DNA of 64,000 nucleotides from NCBI GenBank assembly GCA_965603825.1, contig CBFDEM010000042.1:1-64000 (forward strand), in the 5' to 3' direction. Origin of the DNA: Blepharisma stoltei ATCC 30299 (taxonomy: Eukaryota > Protista > Ciliophora). The position numbers and the translations under genes were made by a program. Within the stretch, counting starts at the first letter, position 1. Every line of letters begins with the position of its first letter. This document shows, piece after piece, positions 24,617 through 35,662 of the stretch. The notes beneath the pieces were generated by a model. It made no database searches. It saw only the letters and a program-made list of their open reading frames with translations, and was not told the DNA's origin.

Positions 24617-27499
24617 ATGGTTAATAATTCTCAAATGATGGATAATCTTTCCCTCAACGAAGCTCAAGTACAAGAGCTCGAAAAAGAACTTGAAGAAAAC
24701 CCTTTCAATATCCGCGCCCTCAGTGAGCTGGCTCAATATTTTGCAAGTCAAGGGGACTATGCATCAGCATGCCAGCACTACGAAAAAATTGTCAGGGTAG
24801 ACGAAGAGAACGGTAAGGCCTGGACCGCCCTCGGCCATTGTTACCTTCTCAAAGGTGAGTACCAGAAATGTTTCACTGCCTACCAGAAAGCCTTGTATAC
24901 TATGGAAGACAACCGCGATCCTCAGTTGTGGTATGGAATTGGCTTACTTTACAATAAATTCGAAAGTTACGAGTACGCCGAGCCCGCTTACCAAGCAGTT
25001 TTAAGGATCGACCCCAACTTTGAGCAAAAGCACGAAGTCCTCTACAAGTTGGGTCTGATCTATAAGAAGACCAAATCCTTTGATAATGCTATCACATATC
25101 TCAGAAATTCCATGGCCTGTGAAAATGTCCCAATTTCACGAAAAGTTGATGCCTTGTGCCACATAGGGAATTCCTATGAAAAACAGGAGAAAATGGACGA
25201 GGCAATCAGCATTTATAGGGAGGCGCTCACTTTGGATGAAAATAATTTCAAGACGATGGAGTACTTGGGCTGGGCACTGATGATCCATTCAGACCACGAC
25301 CAGGCCTTGGAGATTCTGAATCGGGCTCTTGAGTTCGTCAAAGAAAACTGTGCAGAGGCAGGGGATATCCACTACTTGATTGGGAGGTGCTATTTGGACC
25401 TCAAAAACTACCCAGAAGGCCAGTCCGCTTTCCAAAAGGCCATTTATAAAAATCCAAACGCCTACATCTACTGGTGCAGCATTGGGATTTTATACGCCTT
25501 AGCGACCCAGCCACAAGACGCCTTCGAGTGCTTTGTAAAAGCATCAAACATTTCCCCTGAATGCGGAGATGTCTGGTTCAACATGGCAGTCCTCTATGAG
25601 CACTGCAAACAAAAGCAAGAGGCAAGCTTGGCCTATCAGCGAGCTTTTAGTCTAGACAGCACAAATAAAAAAGCTATTGACAGGAAAACCAAGCTCCAAG
25701 CTGGTGACGAAACTTCCCCAATCCCCGATTTCATCCACCCCGCCTTTGAAGTAAGTGACATTCCTTTCTCAATTAAAAAGAACGACAAAGCTTCCAAGCC
25801 TATCAAAACGCTCCCAGACATCAAAAATTTCAGAAGGGACGGAGAAGCTGAAGAAGAGAAATTCCAAGACGCTGAACAAGATGAAGGCAGTCCTACACAA
25901 GAAGAAGCAGAAGTCAAAAATGAGAAGCCTGAAGAGGAAGAAGGAGAAGAAGAAGGAGAGGAAGAAGAAAGTGAAGAAAGTGAAGAAGAGGAAGAAGACG
26001 AAGATGAGGACGCATCCATTAAAAGTGATGATAACTCAGAGTCTGAAGAAGTGCCAGCTGAAAGTCTGAGAAGAACAGAAGGCCCGAGAACGAGAAGAAG
26101 GGATGAGATGCAGAATAAGAAACCAACTCCTCAGTCAGCACCTGTGCAAGCTCCTCAGCCACAAAAGCCAAAACCACCACAGCCTCAACCTCAGCCTTCT
26201 CCTCAAGTTTTAGCACCTGTGGCTGCTCCTCAAGCACAACTTTCTTCTTTAGCCCAGTTCCAACAAATGTCTCAAATGGCTTTCCAGCAGAGACCTCAGC
26301 AGAATGTACCCCAGCAAGCTCCAAAAATGGCTTCTCCAATGGGGAATCTACCTCCTCAGCCAAGCAAAACTCCGCAGATGCCAACACCATCAAAACCTCA
26401 AATGAACTCTCCTCCTGGCTTCCCACAAGGAATGAATCCATTTGGAGGGATGCCAAACTTCCCGATGCCGCCAAACATGCAAGGGATGCCAGGCATGCCT
26501 AACACAATGCAAGGTATGCCAAACATGCCTCAGATGCCTAATATGCCAGGAATGCCAGGTATGCCGAATTCAATGCAAAACCTTCAAAATCAGTCTCAGT
26601 CCAATCTTTCCTCAGGAGGGATGCCTAATTTCCCACTCCCGCCCAACATGCAAAATGTCCAGAATATGCCGCCAAATATGCAAAACATGCCAAATATGCC
26701 AAGCATGCCTAACATGGGCAACATGCAAAACATGCCCAATATGCCTAACATGCAAAACATGCCCAACATGCCAAATATGCCTAACTTATCAAACCAACAG
26801 CCTCAAAACGTACAAAATCCTAACATGCACCAATTCCAAGGAGGAATGCCTAACTTCGGAGTCCCTAATATGCAAAACAACCCCAATCAAGGAAATATGC
26901 CAAACTTCCCTGGGCTTCAAGGTATGCTAGGAATGCCTGGAGGGCCAAACATGATGATGCCTGGAATGATGGGAATGCAAGGACAGCCTGGTATGATGAT
27001 GCCACAGCAGCCAAACATGATGGCTATGCAAGGGCAGCCTCAATCTCAACAAGGTGGCCAGTCTAACCAACAAAAAGGAGCAGTCCCTGGCTTCAACCCT
27101 TACCAAATGGCAGCCCTAATGATGAATCCTATGCTGGCAGCTCAAATGATGTACGGAATGGGCTCAGTCCCAGGGATGAACCCTATGATGCCACCAGGCA
27201 TGGGAAGTATGCCCCAAATGGGCGGCATGCCTGGAGGATTTCCAGGAGGCATGCCAGGCGGTATGCCAGGAAATCCACCACAAGGTATGAATATGGCCAA
27301 CTTAATGAATAGCATGAGAATGCTGGCACAAGCCCGACAACAAATGAACCCTCAGAATCCACAGAAAAAAGAGCACGACGAGGACATCGCAGAAGCATTG
27401 GCAAATTTGAACGAAAAAGACGAAGACGAAGATGGATCAAGGAAAAGAAAAGGAGACAGTGACAAAGATTCAGCAAAGAAAAAGAGGAAAAGGAAATAA
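24617..27499 (+). CDS. Ssn6/Cyc8 (UTX-type TPR) transcriptional co-repressor-like protein with acidic linker, M/P/N/Q/G-rich low-complexity tail and C-terminal NLS
   Basis: About 10 N-terminal TPRs with Ssn6-like motifs (AWTALGHCYL, AYQKALY, DPQLWYGIGLLY, YWCSIGILY, VWFNMAVLYE); ends KKKRKRK. Confidence 0.88.
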   Translation: MVNNSQMMDNLSLNEAQVQELEKELEENPFNIRALSELAQYFASQGDYASACQHYEKIVRVDEENGKAWTALGHCYLLKGEYQKCFTAYQKALYTMEDNRDPQLWYGIGLLYNKFESYEYAEPAYQAVLRIDPNFEQKHEVLYKLGLIYKKTKSFDNAITYLRNSMACENVPISRKVDALCHIGNSYEKQEKMDEAISIYREALTLDENNFKTMEYLGWALMIHSDHDQALEILNRALEFVKENCAEAGDIHYLIGRCYLDLKNYPEGQSAFQKAIYKNPNAYIYWCSIGILYALATQPQDAFECFVKASNISPECGDVWFNMAVLYEHCKQKQEASLAYQRAFSLDSTNKKAIDRKTKLQAGDETSPIPDFIHPAFEVSDIPFSIKKNDKASKPIKTLPDIKNFRRDGEAEEEKFQDAEQDEGSPTQEEAEVKNEKPEEEEGEEEGEEEESEESEEEEEDEDEDASIKSDDNSESEEVPAESLRRTEGPRTRRRDEMQNKKPTPQSAPVQAPQPQKPKPPQPQPQPSPQVLAPVAAPQAQLSSLAQFQQMSQMAFQQRPQQNVPQQAPKMASPMGNLPPQPSKTPQMPTPSKPQMNSPPGFPQGMNPFGGMPNFPMPPNMQGMPGMPNTMQGMPNMPQMPNMPGMPGMPNSMQNLQNQSQSNLSSGGMPNFPLPPNMQNVQNMPPNMQNMPNMPSMPNMGNMQNMPNMPNMQNMPNMPNMPNLSNQQPQNVQNPNMHQFQGGMPNFGVPNMQNNPNQGNMPNFPGLQGMLGMPGGPNMMMPGMMGMQGQPGMMMPQQPNMMAMQGQPQSQQGGQSNQQKGAVPGFNPYQMAALMMNPMLAAQMMYGMGSVPGMNPMMPPGMGSMPQMGGMPGGFPGGMPGGMPGNPPQGMNMANLMNSMRMLAQARQQMNPQNPQKKEHDEDIAEALANLNEKDEDEDGSRKRKGDSDKDSAKKKRKRK

Positions 27500-27660
27500 A
27501 TTTATGTAATTAGTGTCACTCGTTATTTTATAATAGGTTTCATTAAAGTGTCTTTTGTTGGCTTCAAAAAGGCATTTTCGGATAACTTTATATAGCCTTA
27601 TATTGATTTTATATGGAAGATGTAACTTTCATATTGCAATAAATTATATTTAATTCAAAA

Positions 27661-28491
27661 ATGATGGAAAGGTCAGGACAAAGATTTGGTTCCAGCAAGC
27701 CTGTATCCGAACAAGAGCTCATGCAAGCAAGACACTGTTTAAGACTCCTCAAAGACAAAATAGCTCGAAATCCTCCTGCATATTTCCGTGAGAATGGAGA
27801 AGAGCCTGAACAAGTCCAGCCAGCTGCTTCCAACTATCGCAAAGCTTTTAAACCAGTCACAAACAACCAAGAAGCGCCTATATCTCGCCCTCCGATTTAT
27901 CAAGAAACCCCACCGCCTCGAGCACCTATGAAAAAGCCTCAAAACGTCGCTAAAGAAAGCTCAAAAGGGTTCGCTCAGTATGATTTCGAATCAGTCGAAG
28001 GCGCTGAGCAGCCAGGACAGGAAGACAGGGTTTCTTGCCCTGATTGCGGGAGAAAGTTCGCCCCAGAGTCCTTTGAAAAGCACTCAAGAATTTGTAAAAA
28101 AGTATTTATGAGCAAGAGAAAAGAATTTAATTCGTCTGAGCAAAGAGCGGCAGATGAAGCTGCCGAAGTTCCTAAAAAGTCAGCCCCGCCACCTAGAAAG
28201 CCAGCAGCGAGTGGGAAAAATAATAAATGGAAAATGCAGAGTGAGCAGCTAAGGGCGAATATGAAAGCTGCTAGGCTTGCAGGGTCTGGAAATGATAGTG
28301 CAGCATATGAAGAAGCGGCAAGAGCTGCTGCGGAGTTAAATCAGGATCAATATACTAAGTGTCCACATTGTGGAAGATCGTTTAACGAAGATGCTGCGAA
28401 TAGGCATATTCCGATTTGCGCGAAAAAAGCTATGACTGAACAGTTTAAAAAAGGAGGAAAACAGCCACCTCCAAGAGCTGGCAAAAGATAA
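27661..28491 (+). CDS. C2HC zinc-finger protein (ZC2HC1-like)
   Basis: Two CPxCGRxF...H..IC fingers plus VF.SKRKEFNS and KWK.QSEQLR motifs. Confidence 0.9.
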   Translation: MMERSGQRFGSSKPVSEQELMQARHCLRLLKDKIARNPPAYFRENGEEPEQVQPAASNYRKAFKPVTNNQEAPISRPPIYQETPPPRAPMKKPQNVAKESSKGFAQYDFESVEGAEQPGQEDRVSCPDCGRKFAPESFEKHSRICKKVFMSKRKEFNSSEQRAADEAAEVPKKSAPPPRKPAASGKNNKWKMQSEQLRANMKAARLAGSGNDSAAYEEAARAAAELNQDQYTKCPHCGRSFNEDAANRHIPICAKKAMTEQFKKGGKQPPPRAGKR

Positions 28492-28547
28492 GATAATTTT
28501 AGAAAAAATTGATATATGAATAATTAAGGTTTTTCAGAGTTCATATT

Positions 28548-29720
28548 ATGAATTCGCATTTAAATGGAATTGTTTTAAGTGACCCACAAATTGATAGAGA
28601 AAAGTTTTTACAAGGAATTTCTGCAAGAAAAATTCATCACTTGACCTACGAAATAAATACAAAAGACCCTATAACAAATTCACACATAATTTTCCACCTA
28701 GAAGAATCTGATGTAATTCCTGACTCGATATCTCAATATCAATGCATTTTACTTCTATATTCTTTGAATGAGGAATCGACATTTTCAAACATTAAAGAAG
28801 TCTGACTGCCAGAAGTGCAAGCCTCAATACAAAACGAAAATTCCTTCATTATTCTTGTTGGGCTTGAGTATGGACCTCATCGTCAAATTGATTCAGATGA
28901 GGCAGAAAATTTAGCGACAGAGGCTGGAGCAATCCATGTAGAGATTTCTCTTTCAGCCAAGAAAAACATCACGCTTCTCCTCAGATTAATGAGAGTAAGA
29001 GCTACTTTACTATTAAAAAAACAGCCCATTAAATGTGAATCTTCCCAAAAACCAAAAACTCCTCAAAAAAGAAACCTCGATCTAAATTCAATACAAAAAA
29101 TAACCCTAGAAGATTGCATAACCCCACAATTCAGCTCAAGAACTTCCAAGCAAGAAGAAGCTCATAACTATTCCCTTATAGAAAATCAGAACCATTTGCA
29201 TAGAAAATATCGCTATGAAGACGAACAAATTTTTCAGACTGAGCCTTCCCAAGAATCAGATTCAGATAGTTTTACCAGAAATGAAAAAATCAATAAATCA
29301 ATAGAAAAAGAAATTACTTTGGGCGAGGACTTTGAGAGTGAAAACTGTTGGGCTATGAATGGAACCTTAGGAAGCCCATCTTATCAGCAGCAATATAAAG
29401 TGCCACCGTTATCATTAAATCCAGTTATGCCGCCTATTAAGCAAGCTCAAACAACAGAAAGAGCGTCAACTCCAAAAAAAATTTTAAAAAATGGGCCTGA
29501 GACAGAAAGGCCTTATAAATGCCCATTATTGATATTAGAGATTAAAATGAGAAATTCTGTAAAATCAATCGAGGTTTACCAAGGAGATACCTCATATGAT
29601 TTAGCCAAAAAAGTATGCGGGAATGAAGAGGAGGCTGAAGAGCTGAGCTATTGCATAGAGCAGGAGATCAATAGCTATTGTGAAGAAATAAAGAAAATAC
29701 AAAGAATGGGAAAATTCTAA
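28548..29720 (+). CDS. Protein with degenerate Ras/Rab-fold N-terminal domain (pseudo-GTPase), 390 aa
   Basis: Two ORF pieces joined via TGA. ILLLYSLNEESTFSNIKEVW(TGA)LPEV...IILVG...RQIDSDEAENLA...HVEIS resembles the small-GTPase core, but the G1, G3 and G4 motifs are absent. Confidence 0.7.
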
Positions 29721-29791
29721 TTTTCCCACACAAAAATCGCTATTTATATTATATTTCTTATAAAATTTGAATTCTTAAAATAATTAAAATA

Positions 29792-32254
29792 TTAGCTTTT
29801 AGCCCCAACAGCCCCAGACCTCATAATTGTTTTATAAAACTCCACCAAAGACTGTTCTTCCTCATTTTTATGCTGTTTGGCAATCATACTTTGGTTTTTA
29901 ATTGTATTTGTTGCCTGCTCATAAGCTTCATCCAAGCATTGGTTCAACCAAATTCCGTCGTCTTGAGTAGGCCTTATCCCTAAGGTTTCAAGTTCATTTT
30001 TAATGTCTAAGAAAAGTTCTCCTTTCCTAAAATCAGGATACATGCGGATTACTTCAAGTTTTTGCTTTTCTTTTGGCAATAAATCAACGCTGTTTACATC
30101 AGCTAAAGATAGGCAGCAAAAAATACTAGCCCTTAGGTCGCGTTTTCTTGCAAACTCAAGCTGTTTTTTCCTGAGAATTGAGACTTCACTTTGCTGGTCT
30201 GCAGCTTCTAAGGTCTCTTTGAGGGTTTCAAAGCCTTTGGTATTATTTGATTGTGAATAAGCTAGTGGCCTCCTTGGGTCTTTTAAAACACCGTCTACAT
30301 CATAGGCAACGCCAAGTCTTTTTTCTTCCTCTTCGTATATTCTTATTAATAACTGCGACGCGTTTGCCATGTTCTTTTTGGAGTTTCAGCTTGAAAATGC
30401 AGCTTTGGCACGTGAAATTTTCAATAAATGGCATAGGCAGCTGATTGCGATTCTTCTGTGGACTTCTAAGCATTCATCTAAATAATCAAGCAAAGCAGTA
30501 ATTCCTTCTATATCAATAAAATGAAGAGTCGATCTTTTATTTTGCAAAATCGCATGCCACAAGCAATCCAAAACTGCCAATAAAAATTGGTCAGGCTCCC
30601 CAGTCACTATTGGTGGCATCGGCTTTATGTTTGCCTTAATCAGCTCAATCCAGCCTTTTCTTCTGATTTCTTTTTGGTTTTCTCTGCAGTTTTTGCAGGC
30701 ATTTGATATGATTGACAAGGCAAGTTCTCTTGCAAAAAGCGGGTAATCAGCTTCACTCTGCACAATGTCTAGCAAAGTATCAAAAAGTCCTTCTTCTGCC
30801 AGCTCTGTCTTGAATTCTTGAAATTGTGAGGCCACTTCCAGCGCTTTTAACGTGGCGAGCTTTCTTTCATTATCACTATAAGACGACAGAAAATGGACCA
30901 GACAGTAATTTCCATTTTGCTGCTGGAAATGTTCAGGGAAAATAGGCAAAATATGGAAAATTGTGTTTAGTGCATGCATTTGGATTTCTTTAAGCTGGGG
31001 CTGCTGCCATCGAGAAATGGCTTGGTTTTTTTGGCTTGGGTCTAAATAAAGTAGCAGGGCTGGCAAAAAGTCACTGTTGACGACTACTTCAATTGCCGCA
31101 TCAAGCTTGGAAGAGATTATTCTTGACGTGCAGGTCCATAGCAGCTTTTTCAGCTCTAAATCTTCTGGCTCAACCCCCCACATTGCTTTATTCGCAGAAA
31201 TCGTACTTGTGGTCCCTGCGACTGCTAGATTTAGCTCATCATATGAACTGAATTTAATTAATTCTTCCAAAAAACATTCAGGGGACTCTTCTCTGCTTAA
31301 AAAGAAAGCATGGGTTTCTGGACATGCCACAACAGCAGAAATTAAAATCATAAGCTCGTTTCTCAGTTTTCTATCAGTCAGCTTGTAGCCTTCCTTTATA
31401 ACTCTTTGTAAGCACCATCTGAGTGAAATGATAAGTTCTTCTCTTGCAAGTGTTTCTATGCATTCGTCGCCTGATTGTTCAAGGATATTCCAAATACACT
31501 CAATACATAAATTTACCAATGGGTCTCTAAAATTTGGATGGTTACATATCACAACTACAAGGTCTTTTAAAACCCCAAGCTCTCCAATTTTACTTGCTAA
31601 TGGGGCATACATAGAAAGTGCGAGCATTGCGCTCACTGTTTGTGCTGCAATTTCGTTTTCTGTAACATTGTCTGCTAAAATATGGACAAGGCCTTCTGGA
31701 AGCTCTGTAGCTGCAATTGCTTTAAGGTATTTTGTCCCATTCGTTTTTATCACTGCTAGCACGTTGGTTTCCCAGTTGTCTAAAGACTTTGACCTTTTGG
31801 ATTTCGACAAAGAGCTCTCAGCTGCATTTTTTTCTGCAGTTGTTGCTATATCTTTTTTGGCGAAATCAGTGATAAAGCTGCAGACGCACAGTAAAAGCTC
31901 TTTTATTGGCTCTCTTTCTGGCTTTAGTATTGGGTAAAGAACATTTAAAAATTCTGGGAGTTTTGGGACATAAAGAGTTTCATCACTCATTTGCTCTTTT
32001 CGGAATTGGATTTTGCAGTGGTTGATAAGTCTGCATAGAGGCTCCACTAATTCTTTGCTGCCTTCTTCTATACCTTTATTCAAGAGTTTGATAATCTCTA
32101 TGACTTTGTCGAGGTCTTTATAATAAAACCCTTCAGCATACTGAGATTTTGTTGAGCATATTCTTCGGACCATGGCTGCATGTCTGTCTTTTAGCTGAGA
32201 GGTGTGGCGTGAAGTCATAAGCTCGATAGCTTTTTCAAGGGAAACGTTACTCAT
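29792..32254 (-). CDS. CFAP69: Cilia- and flagella-associated protein 69 (ARM-repeat), 820 aa
   Basis: ORFs 30386..32254 and 29792..30370 are in frame through one TGA. Motifs such as GFYYKDL, ECIWNILE, EGYKLTDRKLRNEL, EDLELKKLLW, W..PQL.EIQ.HAL, LDCLWHAI, EEE.RLGV and DLRASIF resemble CFAP69 as I recall it. Confidence 0.8.
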
Positions 32255-32363
32255 TTTAATTATTATATGAAATTTTGCATTTTTATTATGTTGAAATTAA
32301 CTAAATGCTATTTTTAAACATTATTTTTAAATAGTGCATTAACGACTCTTAAATAATCTTAAA

Positions 32364-33476
32364 ATGGACCCTGTAAGAGACCCATATCTTGACAATATGA
32401 TTGAGCTCATCAACAAAAGCAGCAAAACGTCTGAAGAAATCGACAAAATTGACGGATTCTTATACAACCTTAAGCCATTCCAAAGGCTTATTGAGCACCT
32501 TGCAATCAATATCAGACAGCAAGTAATTGGCTGTTTGCAAGTAAAAGAATGCAAAGAAGGCGAAAGACTGTTCACCAAAGGCGACCCCAGTGACTGCCTA
32601 TATATTGTCATGCGTGGCTCTTTACAAATGTACAATCACTCCTCAAAAGAAAAAAATGACATGATACCTGAAAATGTTCTTGGAAAAGGAAAAATTCTGG
32701 GTGAAAGAGGAATCCTAAGAAATGGGCCCAGAAGCTTGACAGCCGTAGCAAAGGAGCATTCTTATGTCCTCACCCTTGATGAAAAATATTTTAAACTTTA
32801 TTTGAGCAATGAAATGTATAATACTCTTGAAACGAAGAAAAAAATAATTGACAAATTTATCCCTGGACTATCAAAATACCCAGGCACACAAAAAGAAAGG
32901 CTTGCTTATACATTGGAAATCGAGGATTATGATAGAGGAACTATATTAGCCAAACAAGGAGCATTAACTGAAAAAATGCTAGTTATATTAGAAGGGGAGT
33001 GTGTTATGACGTTTAAAGAAGGAAATATTAAGAGAATGGTAGCGAGACTAGAAAAAGGGTCAATAGTAGGTGAGGAAACTGCGCTATTTGATAGACCTTC
33101 TAGCTTTACAGTAACTGTCACTTCAAACACATTAATGGCAGGAAAAATAAAAAACACAGATTTGCAGACAATTTATCCTAATAAAGTTGTACAAATGATG
33201 AGAAATTATTACTCAGAGAGAAACCTAACAAGGAAAAAATTAGCAGATTTTACCCATCCTTGCCTTGGGACAACTGATTTAATTTTAAGCCCAAAAAATT
33301 TTCCACTGGCAAGCCCAAAGGCGAAAGAACATATGACTATGATAATGAAAAGAGTCCCAAGTTTTGCCAAAGAAAATTTGAGTGAAAAACTCATGAATTT
33401 TTCTTATAAAGGAAAGCTGGAAAAGCTGAGGGATACGGCAAATAAAAGAATAAGCAGGTTCTTGGCAAAAGAATAA
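32364..33476 (+). CDS. Cyclic-nucleotide-binding protein with two CNB domains
   Basis: LFTKGDPSDCLYIVMRGSL..GKILGERGILRNGPRSLTAVA, and a second CNB (QGA..LVILEGEC..GSIVGEETAL). Confidence 0.88.
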   Translation: MDPVRDPYLDNMIELINKSSKTSEEIDKIDGFLYNLKPFQRLIEHLAINIRQQVIGCLQVKECKEGERLFTKGDPSDCLYIVMRGSLQMYNHSSKEKNDMIPENVLGKGKILGERGILRNGPRSLTAVAKEHSYVLTLDEKYFKLYLSNEMYNTLETKKKIIDKFIPGLSKYPGTQKERLAYTLEIEDYDRGTILAKQGALTEKMLVILEGECVMTFKEGNIKRMVARLEKGSIVGEETALFDRPSSFTVTVTSNTLMAGKIKNTDLQTIYPNKVVQMMRNYYSERNLTRKKLADFTHPCLGTTDLILSPKNFPLASPKAKEHMTMIMKRVPSFAKENLSEKLMNFSYKGKLEKLRDTANKRISRFLAKE

Positions 33477-33547
33477 ATTTTTGAAATAAAAGAAATCTTG
33501 TGTTTTAATCTGATTTTATAAATAAAAGCTTTATAGGTTTTCAAGCT

Positions 33548-33587
33548 GACTGTTTGGCCGAGTGGTCTAAGGCGCCAGCTTCAGGCG

Positions 33588-33622
<35 letters not shown>

Positions 33623-33627
33623 AGTCA
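33548..33627 (+). tRNA. tRNA-Leu(CAG)
   Basis: GACTGTT acceptor, GCC/GGC D stem, CCAGC-TT CAG GC-GCTGG anticodon arm (CAG at 33582-33584), long variable arm, GTGGG-TTCAAAT-CCCAC, A73, T-run terminator. Confidence 0.95.
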
Positions 33628-34307
33628 TTTTTTATTTTTTAAGAATTTCGAAGTTAAAGTGAAAAATATGTAGAAGATTAACGGTTTGGGAGATAGCGTA
33701 TTACTACTTCAACTAGCTTCATGTTTTGATTGTGATTAAAGATTGTCATTTTTAAAATTATATTTTATATAAGCTATGAAAATTATAATTGATCTTATAT
33801 GTATTTGATTTGGCAATACTTTTTATAAAAATGTGTATATGCTTTTATTAATTAATGTCCATGTGCATTTATAAATAATAAAGTTGCGAGAGTAAAATAG
33901 CTCTAAAAAATCTATATTTACAGAAATGATTTTAGAAGTTAAAAGCGAGTATTTTCTAGCATTAATGCCAATGATGAGGTATAAAACTGCCAATTAAGTG
34001 AAGCAAGAAAATAATTAAATGCTGAACTCCCTATAAGAGTATGCTATTCCGAAGAATTTAGAAATTTCATTTAGCAACAAAAGATTAACTCAAGAAGTAA
34101 AGCTTGAAATAATCGAATTGCAAGAAGTCTATTTATTCAGGTTTTGATAATGAAAAGAATAGCATTAGTCACATAGATATAAGTCTTGAACCATAAATTC
34201 AAAGATTACACAAATCTTAAATAAAAATTAGCTAATCACTTCAGCTAATAACAAAAATGATAATTTTTATTGTCTAACTCTTAGGGTCGATATTGAAATT
34301 GGTTATC

Positions 34308-34652
34308 TTAATAGCCAAGGATATCGTTGACCACCATATTCCCATTTGTAGGTCTTGGAACATATCCTTTAGTCTTGAAGTATTCTTTTGCTTCTTCTTG
34401 GTCTTTGATCATCTTTTGCCTTCTTTTAGCTAATATCTTCATTGCCTCTTGGTCATAGATGTTTTTGCTTCTTTCTAGCATTGAAGTTGCGTAGTCATGG
34501 GTTTTTCCCTCCAATGTATTGTATTCTCCAAGAGCCGTCCTGTAATAGTGGGTAACTAATGAAAGTGCTGTGAGCCCAACTATAACCTTAGGTAGATTTT
34601 GCCTCTTATTAGGGATCCATCTCCAAAACATCACTTTCCACTGAAGTACCAT
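34308..34652 (-). CDS. Small single-pass membrane protein (114 aa), possibly a mitochondrial inner-membrane subunit
   Basis: Clean ORF, one hydrophobic segment (VIVGLTALSLV), basic helical C-terminus; family not recognised. Confidence 0.7.
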   Translation of the reverse strand: MVLQWKVMFWRWIPNKRQNLPKVIVGLTALSLVTHYYRTALGEYNTLEGKTHDYATSMLERSKNIYDQEAMKILAKRRQKMIKDQEEAKEYFKTKGYVPRPTNGNMVVNDILGY

Positions 34653-35131
34653 TTTATTATAATGTTCTTTTGAGATTTTAATTAGAAGTAATGCTAATGA
34701 AAGCTCAAAGTCTTGATTTTTCCGCTTTCTGGATTTTTAATATTGAGTAAATTGAGAATTCTTATTTTAGATTAATGTGAAATGAAATAGCAGCTAATTT
34801 ATATTGATTTTTTAATAAATTCGAGTTTTACTTGCATCCCCATGAAGTTTTATGGTCGATTGCAAGGAGGGTTAATAAAGTTTAATTTGCCCCCAAAAAA
34901 ATATCATCATAATGATAAAAATATTTCTCTAACCTAAAATTCCGTAAATCTTTTTTCTAATCATCTTTAAAAAACACTTTTTTAGTCATTACATTACTTT
35001 TTAAGCCAAATTCTTCATTTTCTCCCTTTTTACCCCCTCAAAATAATCAAAAATCCCAAAAAGCTTTTTTAGCTCCCATTCTTAATTCAAAAACGGATAA
35101 TCTTTTTTCAATGAAGGCAATAAATTTATAA

Positions 35132-35644
35132 ATGGCAGGCAGACAACCAGCAAAAGGTTCCAACGCATTCAATCCAAAACAATACGAACGCCCTGGCCTC
35201 ACTGAGGACGAAATTGAAGAAATCAAAGAAGCTTTCGATCTCTTCGATACCGATGGATCTGGTACAATTGACCCAAGAGAACTGACCTCTGCAATGCAGT
35301 CTCTCGGCTTTGAAGCCAAAAACCAAACCATCTACCAAATGGTTAGCGACTTAGACAAGGACGGATCAGGAGCAATTGACTTTGACGAGTTTCTTGACAT
35401 GATGACTGCCAGGATGAGCGACAAAGACACTAGAGAAGACATTCAAAAAGTTTTCAGGCTGTTTGATGATGATAAAACTGGAACCATCAGCATTAAGAAC
35501 CTCAGAAGAGTAGCCAAAGAGCTTGGAGAGACCATGACTGATGAAGAGCTGCTTGAAATGATTGAAAGAGCTGATAGTGACGGCGACGGACAGGTTTCCT
35601 TTGAAGACTTCTATAATATCATGACTAAGAAAGCCTTTCCATAA
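35132..35644 (+). CDS. Centrin (four EF-hands)
   Basis: [70 protein letters not shown]. Confidence 0.96.
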   Translation: MAGRQPAKGSNAFNPKQYERPGLTEDEIEEIKEAFDLFDTDGSGTIDPRELTSAMQSLGFEAKNQTIYQMVSDLDKDGSGAIDFDEFLDMMTARMSDKDTREDIQKVFRLFDDDKTGTISIKNLRRVAKELGETMTDEELLEMIERADSDGDGQVSFEDFYNIMTKKAFP

Positions 35645-35662
35645 TTTAACTAAGAATTAAAT

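Noticed and set aside
26442-26930. Cys-rich repeat ORF (CQTC...) resembling a metallothionein or surface antigen
   Set aside because: It is an alternative frame of the ATG-CCN-AAY repeats in the Ssn6-like tail and has a non-ATG start.
33548-33627. tRNA containing TTCA read as a UCA (Trp/Sec) suppressor
   Set aside because: The 5-bp stem CCAGC/GCTGG centres the loop on CAG; the long variable arm and A73 fit ordinary tRNA-Leu.
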